Under the pieces are notes generated by a model. The model ran no database searches, had not been told where the DNA came from, and saw only the letters and a program-made list of their open reading frames with translations. From positions 1 to 52,784 of the IMG/VR virus record IMGVR_UViG_3300033446_000002: a stretch of 52,784 bases of DNA; one strand, written 5' to 3'. A program made the translations under genes and the position numbers. This document shows positions 21,051-28,969 of this stretch, piece after piece; within the stretch, counting starts at the first letter, position 1, and every line of letters starts with the position of its first letter. This DNA is from a virus (taxonomy: Duplodnaviria > Caudoviricetes).

Positions 21051-21509
21051 CTACCATAAATTCATTGCGTCTTCCAAAAAGTTAGCCTCGCCTGCAACAT
21101 ATCCTACTCTGATCAGCCGATGAGCTACCAATTTTTTTTGCATGTTTTCTGTGTAATCGTCATCTATGAACACTTTAGACTTTGCTAAATTTACAAAGAT
21201 TGTCTCTGGTTTCATGGTGGGTTCTTTAAAGTCGCCACTTTTCAACTGTTTCTCTAAAATTGATGGATTATCTTGAATCTCACATAATCCATCTTTGCAA
21301 TACACCAAAATTAGTTTACCATCTTCGTCTTTTTCACGACCTGTTATACCTGCATACAATGTCGCACCTTTCGGCAGGTTTTTCTTAATTCTATTGGTTA
21401 TCCGTTTTACTTCTGTTGATATTTCAACTTCAACACTACCTATAGAGTAAATAGTTGTATTTGCTTCATTAATACTAAGTAATTTGATCACATTTCCTGC
21501 TAACGACAT
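21051..21509 (-). CDS. leader-family protein C
   Basis: MSLAGNVIKLLSINEA; paralog of 19468-19965. Confidence 0.75.
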   Translation of the reverse strand: MSLAGNVIKLLSINEANTTIYSIGSVEVEISTEVKRITNRIKKNLPKGATLYAGITGREKDEDGKLILVYCKDGLCEIQDNPSILEKQLKSGDFKEPTMKPETIFVNLAKSKVFIDDDYTENMQKKLVAHRLIRVGYVAGEANFLEDAMNLW

Positions 21510-21559
21510 AATCTCTCCATATATTGTTTATGGTTTATGGTTTTTATATTACATACCAC

Positions 21560-22030
21560 TTACCGATATTTGATTATTTTTTGAATCATCTCAGGTGTGG
21601 TTGTATCATCAAGATAAATCAGACTAACATTTTTATCTTCAAGTCTGTTTTGTAATTTTACTGGAATTTCGTCGAACTTCTTTCCTTCTAAATCATCAAC
21701 ACCAATTAACGCAAACTCATTGTTCAAATACTTACAAATACTGAACAAATCCAATTCACCTGCTACCACTTTAGAAACTATACTTGATTTATTATCTATT
21801 AAGTAAATGGGTTTCAATAAATGCTTTTCCAATATCAATTCGATGATAGCTGAAGCATCTTCGATATCGTAATCTTTTAATTTGAACCAGCCCTTATTAT
21901 ACAAGTTCTTTAATCTAATTGCACTCATTTCATCATTACGTGAGTTAATTGGTGCTTTATATGACATTTCATTAATGGTATATCTGCTATCACTGTTAAT
22001 TATTTTAATAATATTTCCTGCTAACGACAT
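21560..22030 (-). CDS. leader-family protein B with degenerate DUF262/GmrS-like domain
   Basis: SAIIELIL...KPIYL...VVAGELDL...LEGKKFDEIP..LQ pattern; DGQQR replaced by AGELD. Confidence 0.55.
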   Translation of the reverse strand: MSLAGNIIKIINSDSRYTINEMSYKAPINSRNDEMSAIRLKNLYNKGWFKLKDYDIEDASAIIELILEKHLLKPIYLIDNKSSIVSKVVAGELDLFSICKYLNNEFALIGVDDLEGKKFDEIPVKLQNRLEDKNVSLIYLDDTTTPEMIQKIIKYR

Positions 22031-22097
22031 AATCTCTCCATATATTGTTTGTGGTCTTGTATTGCAAATGTTGTTTTTTTATGACTATCTATCAATA

Positions 22098-22520
22098 CTA
22101 AGTGTCTTTACAATCATTAGTTACCTTATTGATAGCACTATAAAACCAAACTAGGCGTTCTCTCTCCTTACTCTTGCGTAACCAATCGTTGTCGTTGTAC
22201 ATATACTCTAATTTCTCTTTAATCTGCGACCATAACAACATTATTTCTTCTCCACTGACAACTTTTTTCCTTTTTAATTGATTTGCAGCATTTACTATAG
22301 ATGATATTTCATCTTTTGGTAAATCCGCAATCATTTCTATATAAGCGTTCAAGAGACTCAACTTGTTTTTTTTGTATTTATCGTCCAATGAAAAAAAAAT
22401 CGTAAGAATATCTTTCTCTGATACTCCTTTTTTTGTCATGTTTTTTAAATCGCATGGTGAGGATTTATTGATGTTACCCTCATTCTCAATTATTCTAATA
22501 ATATTTCCTGCTAACGACAT
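22098..22520 (-). CDS. leader-family protein A
   Basis: MSLAGNIIRIIENE. Confidence 0.7.
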   Translation of the reverse strand: MSLAGNIIRIIENEGNINKSSPCDLKNMTKKGVSEKDILTIFFSLDDKYKKNKLSLLNAYIEMIADLPKDEISSIVNAANQLKRKKVVSGEEIMLLWSQIKEKLEYMYNDNDWLRKSKERERLVWFYSAINKVTNDCKDT

Positions 22521-22534
22521 AATCTCTCCAAAAT

Positions 22535-23017
22535 TTATTGATGTAATTTACCTTTATGCTCAAGAATAGTGGTTAATTCTGTTAGGTGTTTACATAAACC
22601 AATTTGATGTTTTGCATTTCTTGGTTTACCTCTACCTGTTACAACGAATTTATCTACACTACCATAATGAGCATCTTTCGCATTATTAGCATTTGCCCAT
22701 GTATATTTATAATCATCACATGAACACTTTACTTTTACGGGTGTTTTGTGAATTGACGGCATTGTTGCAAAAAAAGGAATGCTTTTAATATACGTCAACA
22801 ATTGATGGTCGGCATCCTTTTTTTCTGCAAAAGAAATATTATCAAAAAATATCTCCACTTCATATTGACGTTTTGCACCAATGGCAACCGCTCTAAATAA
22901 TAATGTTTTTTCATCTGCTGAAGATTTAATATCAGTAAAAGAAACCTTTTTTATTTCACCTGAATCATGACCTAGTTTGTCTTTACCATCAATTAATTGA
23001 ATTAATGTGGCGGACAT
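22535..23017 (-). CDS. SWIM-like zinc-finger phage protein
   Basis: VKCSCDDY...GLCKHL. Confidence 0.65.
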   Translation of the reverse strand: MSATLIQLIDGKDKLGHDSGEIKKVSFTDIKSSADEKTLLFRAVAIGAKRQYEVEIFFDNISFAEKKDADHQLLTYIKSIPFFATMPSIHKTPVKVKCSCDDYKYTWANANNAKDAHYGSVDKFVVTGRGKPRNAKHQIGLCKHLTELTTILEHKGKLHQ

Positions 23018-23018
23018 T

Positions 23019-23309
23019 TTACTTACCCTTTAATTCATCTAGTTCACCTAATATGCGTTCGCGGTCTAAAATATCTGCAAATATAGCATTTATAATTATT
23101 TCATATTCTTCTTTTGAAAGTTTCTGCTCTGCTATATATTTTTTTAGTATCACGCTATTGGGCATTAATTCATGTCCATGTGAAATCAACCATTCAGTAT
23201 ATTTATCTAATATTTCTTTTTTGTTTGAAGTTTTTTCTGAAGGTGATAATATAATATCTGTATTTTCTCTGATTTTTCTAATGTTGTAGTTTATCATGTT
23301 CCACGACAT
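23019..23309 (-). CDS. hypothetical protein
   Basis: 96 aa ORF. Confidence 0.55.
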   Translation of the reverse strand: MSWNMINYNIRKIRENTDIILSPSEKTSNKKEILDKYTEWLISHGHELMPNSVILKKYIAEQKLSKEEYEIIINAIFADILDRERILGELDELKGK

Positions 23310-23372
23310 TTAAGTTGTTTGTATTTAAATTGTTTGTAGTGTATGTTTTTATACTAATCATCAATTAAAGCT

Positions 23373-23780
23373 CTAGCTTTCAATTAAAGTTTCTAGCTTT
23401 CTCAGTAGCATATTCATTGTTTTTTTTGGTATATTTTTGTTACCTGAAATAACAAGAATTTCAAGAGAATCCTCCATAGACATAGCAATTAATTCTTCAT
23501 GTGGCAAATTAGTAAATAGATTATTTGAAATATCCAATTCTTTTAATTTGTCAAGCCCAAATACTTCAACAGGCAATTCACTTAGTCTATTATTTGATAA
23601 ATTAAGCTCGACTAAACCAGTTAATTTAAAAACTTCTTGTGGTATCTCAGTTAAACCAAGTTTAGATAAATCAAGTATTTTACCTTTTGTTTTAGTCAAA
23701 CAAGTTTCAATACGTGATAAAACCATATCGTCATTGTCTGCTTCATTAAGAATTCTAATTATATTTCGTGCTAAACTCAT
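23373..23780 (-). CDS. leader-family leucine-rich repeat protein
   Basis: MSLARNIIRILNEA plus 3-4 LxxLxLSxNxLxxLP repeats. Confidence 0.85.
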   Translation of the reverse strand: MSLARNIIRILNEADNDDMVLSRIETCLTKTKGKILDLSKLGLTEIPQEVFKLTGLVELNLSNNRLSELPVEVFGLDKLKELDISNNLFTNLPHEELIAMSMEDSLEILVISGNKNIPKKTMNMLLRKLETLIES

Positions 23781-23799
23781 ATTTTTCTCATTTAAATCA

Positions 23800-24465
23800 T
23801 TAAATTATAGTCCACCATGTACTGTTTTGTCTTAAAGTTTCCATAGTGCTGTCCCATAAATCCTTGCCTTCTGATACTAAATCAGAAGCATCTGTAGTAA
23901 TTGGTAAATCGTTTGCAGTAAATGCTCTTCTTTGCTTTCCTACTGTCATCAAAAATTTCGCCGCTAATAAATTTAGGAATTCTGTATTTGAATATGTAAT
24001 TTCAACTAAATCATAATCAATAATTGCCATTTCAGAATTATAAATGTTTCTTATAGTATAATCATAATTACCCATCACATATAATAAACCAACATAATTA
24101 ATATATAATTTTGGTCTATTATATTTCCAAGTAGGTAATGCTGGGATATGCTCAGTATCTCTGATTCTATTTGGCAATAAATTAGGTTCTAAATTAGGTT
24201 CTTGATATAAATTATTTAAAGTTATAAACCTATTAGAAATCTTGTCTATTGTAATCGGTGAGGACTCTTGAGGAAAGATATATTGTTGGCTTTCAACATA
24301 TATCGTGCTACTATCTCTTCTAGGTCTATAATTAGTGTATTCACCCAGCACAGACTTAGTTAAAATCAGGAATTTATTTAAATTTATCTCTGATTTAACT
24401 AAATCAGAGACTAGATAATTCCCTGTTTCAAGTAATATATAATCTATTATATCACTTAATTTCAT
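23800..24465 (-). CDS. putative neck/head completion protein (gp13-like)
   Basis: C-terminal GKQRR...DASDLVSEGK pattern. Confidence 0.6.
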   Translation of the reverse strand: MKLSDIIDYILLETGNYLVSDLVKSEINLNKFLILTKSVLGEYTNYRPRRDSSTIYVESQQYIFPQESSPITIDKISNRFITLNNLYQEPNLEPNLLPNRIRDTEHIPALPTWKYNRPKLYINYVGLLYVMGNYDYTIRNIYNSEMAIIDYDLVEITYSNTEFLNLLAAKFLMTVGKQRRAFTANDLPITTDASDLVSEGKDLWDSTMETLRQNSTWWTII

Positions 24466-24470
24466 AATAG

Positions 24471-24833
24471 TTAGAACTTACATTTACATTTACATTCATC
24501 ATCAGAGTCTTCATCATCAAATTCATCATCAGAGTCTTCATCATCAAATTCATCATCAGAGTCTTCATCATCAAATTCATCATCAGAGTCTTCATCATCA
24601 AATTCATCATCAGAGTCTTCATCAGAGTCTTCATCATCGAATTCATCATCTGAATCTTCATCATCAAATTCATCATCTGAATCTTCATCATCGAATTCAT
24701 CATCTGAATCTTCATCATCGAATTCATCATCTGAATCTTCATCATCGAATTCATCAGATTCATCATCAGAATATTCGTCATCGAAATATTGACTTGAATT
24801 TATTTTTTCTAAAATATTTTGAGCCTTATTCAT
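24471..24833 (-). CDS. hyper-acidic repeat protein (DDEFDDEDS)n
   Basis: 27-nt tandem repeat ~24495-24770; leader-like MNKAQNILEKIN. Confidence 0.75.
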   Translation of the reverse strand: MNKAQNILEKINSSQYFDDEYSDDESDEFDDEDSDDEFDDEDSDDEFDDEDSDDEFDDEDSDDEFDDEDSDEDSDDEFDDEDSDDEFDDEDSDDEFDDEDSDDEFDDEDSDDECKCKCKF

Positions 24834-24845
24834 TTCTTTATCCTA

Positions 24846-25235
24846 TTAAAGATGTTTCTTCTTTTTATCTGTATTTGGTTTTTCTGCAACATTAACAACA
24901 ACATCTTCTTTTTCTTGAGTTTTTTCAGCTATATCTAACTCATTATTTTCTTTTTCTTCTTGAACAGGTTGAACTGTTGGTGCTGTATTTTGTGTTACAA
25001 TTTTAGGTGGAATCACCACATGATTTACAGCTTTTTCTTTTTTATCAGTATCTTGTGCTTCATACGCTACAATAGGGTGCATTGATTGCAAAATTGCACG
25101 CCAATCATCTTTTAGTGAATTTAAATCTAATGTAATAGACTCATTAGGTTTAATTGAAATTTGTTTCAAATCTTTTGTAATTACACATTGCACAAGATTC
25201 TTACTTGAATTGTTTTTTATCTTAATTACTATCAT
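24846..25235 (-). CDS. hypothetical virion-region protein
   Basis: 129 aa ORF. Confidence 0.55.
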   Translation of the reverse strand: MIVIKIKNNSSKNLVQCVITKDLKQISIKPNESITLDLNSLKDDWRAILQSMHPIVAYEAQDTDKKEKAVNHVVIPPKIVTQNTAPTVQPVQEEKENNELDIAEKTQEKEDVVVNVAEKPNTDKKKKHL

Positions 25236-25275
25236 TTATGTACCTTTTTTACATATAGTTAATGTATTATTTAGA

Positions 25276-25701
25276 TTAATCTTCGTGATCATCATAATAA
25301 CTGGGTCGATATCTATTTTCTTTTAGAAATTCAGTAATAATTGTATCTGGGTCATACTTTTTATATGCTTTTACAACTTCATCACCATAGTCTTCATATT
25401 CTTGATACTGAATATCGCCTATGAATTCGAGACTATTCCTGTTTAGTCTTATTCTAAAATGTCGCTCACTATTATCAAGACTCTGATTTTGAGGTCGTAA
25501 AAATATTTGGCAAATATCTCTACCGCTATCAGCAAAAACAAGATTGTATTTTGCTTTATTTGCTTGCGATGTAAAAGTATTTATATATGGCTTTAGTTCT
25601 CTATTTTTTATTGAAGTTGTATTTATTTTTATATTTTTTGCTTCATTTGTTTGTAGTCTATTCTCAAACAGTATTCTTAATATATTATTTGATAAACTCA
25701 T
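25276..25701 (-). CDS. leader-family protein (MSLSNNILRILFE...TNEA)
   Basis: 141 aa. Confidence 0.6.
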   Translation of the reverse strand: MSLSNNILRILFENRLQTNEAKNIKINTTSIKNRELKPYINTFTSQANKAKYNLVFADSGRDICQIFLRPQNQSLDNSERHFRIRLNRNSLEFIGDIQYQEYEDYGDEVVKAYKKYDPDTIITEFLKENRYRPSYYDDHED

Positions 25702-26564
25702 TGTTTTTTTGCCTGTTTTGCTTTTAATTCCTTTATAGTTTCTTCAACCAGTTTTAAATTATTTTCTATATTTTCATCTTTTATACCTAACGCCACATAC
25801 AACTTCATTGCAGTCTTATAACGATTTTCTCTCGTATCTAATTTTCCATTTTGAGCTTCGCTTATTTTTCTTTTTATATTTGCTAATAGTTTCTGTATAT
25901 CTGGTGCAGCTTCAGCGGAAACTTTTGGTGAAACTTTATTAATAATATTCCCAAAAAAATTATACCATTCGGTTAATTCCATTTCTTTTTCTTGAATCAC
26001 AGATTGAGAGGTTGAAATCACACTCATGTTACCAGCCATTTGTCGTAAAATATACATTTGCTGTCTTTTTAATTTTGCTAACTCATTTTCAGTAGCTTCC
26101 AATGCTTTTCTACTTGGAAATGCAGTTGCGTTTCTTAATTTATTTTCAAGATTTGCAATACCTTTTGCGTATCCCGTTCCTGATTTTTCAGAATCATCAT
26201 AATTCGCTAATGCTACACCTATTTTTAAATCATATTGTTCAATTGATTTTGAAATTTTATCTATTTGTTTTTCGGCTTGTTTTAATATTACCTCAACTGT
26301 TTCAACAGAAAGATTGCTTAAATCATCTGATAGAGTATTTAACAACCCTATAGATTCACTATTTTGTTTAATAGTCTCTTGCATTTGTGCGATAATTTTT
26401 TTTGTCTTATCATCATCTGCGTTTTTAGATAGTTTTGCAATTTTACGATTTATTGTTTTATTGGCTTCAATCAATTTCTCTTGAAACCCTTTTATGGTAA
26501 AATCTTTTGGTAAATCTATACCATCCGCTTCTAACAACTTTAAAACTTTACTTGCTAAATTCAT
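25698..26564 (-). CDS. leader-family coiled-coil protein (MNLASKVLKLLEA)
   Basis: 288 aa, follows major capsid gene. Confidence 0.6.
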   Translation of the reverse strand: MNLASKVLKLLEADGIDLPKDFTIKGFQEKLIEANKTINRKIAKLSKNADDDKTKKIIAQMQETIKQNSESIGLLNTLSDDLSNLSVETVEVILKQAEKQIDKISKSIEQYDLKIGVALANYDDSEKSGTGYAKGIANLENKLRNATAFPSRKALEATENELAKLKRQQMYILRQMAGNMSVISTSQSVIQEKEMELTEWYNFFGNIINKVSPKVSAEAAPDIQKLLANIKRKISEAQNGKLDTRENRYKTAMKLYVALGIKDENIENNLKLVEETIKELKAKQAKKQ

Positions 26565-26592
26565 ATATATTGTCCTTTAATTGTATGGTTAA

Positions 26593-26628
26593 TGCCGTGA
26601 GGCAATAAAAAATATAATGCTCACGGCA
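26593..26628 (-). terminator. hairpin downstream of major capsid gene
   Basis: TGCCGTGAG...CTCACGGCA inverted repeat. Confidence 0.55.
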
Positions 26629-26636
26629 ATCATTAA

Positions 26637-27241
26637 TTATGCTACTATTTTAATCCGCACTAAGAAACTAGGTATAACCACTTTCAAACCAGACCAAACA
26701 GCGGCTACACGTTGATTTCTCAATGGATTGTTACCAGCAGACAATGTAGATGATACAAATAAAGGCATATATGGGGCATGAACTAAAGGTGCTTCAAAAT
26801 AAGACCCGCCTTTATATGCACACAAAATAGTGTCAGTATCAATGATTTGAGAAGCACGAATAACAGGAATGCCATTCAAATATCCATACAAACCAACGGA
26901 TTGATTTAAGCTACTATCTACAGTAGTAAATCCCGGCATTGCGCGCAATACAGCGGCAGCATTAGTACCTGCAATCATACGTGATATGTTACCACGACCG
27001 GCAGCAGCATTTAGCTTGTTTTCAGCGTTTGCAAATGCGTCAATAAACGTTAATTTATGTTCTGCATAACTAACACCTGCGGGTGCTGTTTTACTCCAAT
27101 TAACCACATTTAAACATGCAGCATCCATACGTCTAATAGCCACAGAATTGATAACTCTTGTCAATTCGCTTGTTAAATCTTGTGCAACTTCATCAGTTGC
27201 CATCCGTCCAAATCTTTTTTGGAAAGAATATTCTTGCAATA
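26637..27241 (-). CDS. major capsid protein (gp23-like), exon 2
   Basis: AYKGGSYFEAPLVHAPYMPL motif; in frame with exon 1 after splicing. Confidence 0.92.
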
Positions 27242-28037
27242 CATTATCTTTATTAGAATTCGTTACGTTCTAATTAATTTTGCCATTTATTTTATTTTTA
27301 TACTGCTACTGGTAAAGCATTATAGAGAATTGTTCTAGCTGTTAATTCAACTTCTAATTGAGTCGCCATATCAAACGCTCTTTTTACTATATTCTCCATA
27401 GATTCATGTGATGTAGTGGTGGTTAAAAACATACCGCCGTTTGTGGTTAATATGTTTTGAACTTCCGTTGTTACAAATTCGCTACATTCACGTCTTTTCG
27501 ATTCCATCAATACAAATTCAGCGCAATCACACATTTTTCGCGCCCTTGTTACATATATTTCACTAAGATAATCCATATTAGTTTCAGGTTGTATTTCACC
27601 CGCTACTGACGCACCCAATGAATATAATGTTGCTGTCATTTGTTCTAAATCTGCTGCTATTGGTTTATTTACTAGATATTTATTCGGCATTATTATTTTT
27701 CCAATAATTAGGTTGTTGTTGTTTTTGGCAAAATTACTCATGTTTTCACGATGAGATGGGACTATATCTTAAATGTTATTCACATTTTCCGCCACTTCCA
27801 TTCACTTGAATGTACAATTAGTCTCTGGACTTATACCCTTAAATTATTCCTATTTATCATTTTCATAAATCACTTTTTAAGTGGTAGGGTATTTAGCTGC
27901 TGATTATCCCAACCTATAGTCTTAATTAACGTTATTAAGAGTTACTTCACTTTTAAATTATTACTAATTTAATTAGCGTATAGTTTTTAACAGGATTTTC
28001 CAGCAATTCAACGGATTTATTCAGACCTATTCATTTA
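27242..28037 (-). mobile_element. group I intron (IA-like), 796 nt
   Basis: P AATTGCTGGAAA, Q AATCAGCAGC, R GTCCAGAGACTA (27819-27830), S AAGATATAGTCC (27758-27770), P1 with U.G wobble, terminal G. Confidence 0.93.
27298..27741 (-). CDS. intron-encoded ORF of unknown function (probable start 27690)
   Basis: lies in the P9 region; no GIY-YIG, HNH or LAGLIDADG motif seen. Confidence 0.65.
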   Translation of the reverse strand: MSNFAKNNNNLIIGKIIMPNKYLVNKPIAADLEQMTATLYSLGASVAGEIQPETNMDYLSEIYVTRARKMCDCAEFVLMESKRRECSEFVTTEVQNILTTNGGMFLTTTTSHESMENIVKRAFDMATQLEVELTARTILYNALPVAV

Positions 28038-28824
28038 AGCCTGATTCTGCTTTTAAAGAGAATACTTCTGCACGAATATTTGTCGATTCTAACGAACCAG
28101 ATATACCCAATAAATCATTATTGGCTTCCACATTGACACTGTATGATGCCACGATACTATGCACACCGGGATCGGATACAAATGCAATAGAAATAACACC
28201 TGTATCATAATTAATCGTTCCCGACATACCAGAACCCAATAATGCACCTTTACCATCATCAATAGCACGATAAGAAGTATCTGCTATTTTAAAATTCACA
28301 GTGAAGGGTCTTACAGGGACTTTTACAAGGTTAATAGTATAATCGGTTACACCTGCGACAGTAGCACCAATTGCTTCTTCTAGCACTTCATAACTGCCAT
28401 AACTACCACTATAATTAGAGCCTGTAGTTGCAGATGTTATGATTTCACCGGCTGTACGACCATAACCGGTAGTAGTTGCTTTAATTTGCTTAAAGTAAAT
28501 AATACCCGCTTCTTCTTCAATTGCTTGTGTTGATGCGATCAAAGGCAACACGGACGCACCATAACTGGCAGTAATTACATCTAAAGCCATATTAGGGATT
28601 TGCCCCAATTCTGCAAGCGTACCATTCGATTCTACGAATCGTTGATAATCTTCATATTGTTCAAGTTGTTTCCCTACTGCATATATATCACTAGGGTTTA
28701 CAGATTGACCAGACCGTGCAAGCAATGAATTTGATTCAAATGCTTCTAATTGTGGTCTATATTTTTTGTAATACAACTCAGCATCGCGTTCTACAAGTGA
28801 TTCATTTTGGCGTAACAAAGACAT
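28038..28824 (-). CDS. major capsid protein (gp23-like), exon 1; spliced product 463 aa
   Basis: STQAIEEEAGIIYF and RAEVFSLKA motifs. Confidence 0.92.
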
Positions 28825-28969
28825 TTTATTTATATTCCTTTTTTTGTATTTTACAAATCCTTATATTTATCAGATTTTATAGTGTAAAACAATAAAGTAA
28901 AAGAATTTAATTGGTTTTTTTAATACTAATAATTAAATCTATAGTGTAAATTTAATTATTTTATGCAAA

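Noticed and set aside
24495-24770. Regular short repeats as a CRISPR array
   Set aside because: No unique spacers; in-frame coding tandem repeat
24452-24781. Met-rich 109-aa ORF
   Set aside because: Alternate frame of the acidic repeat
26637-28824. Two separate capsid proteins, or stop-codon recoding of TAG
   Set aside because: Group I intron explains the split; other genes are full length in the standard code
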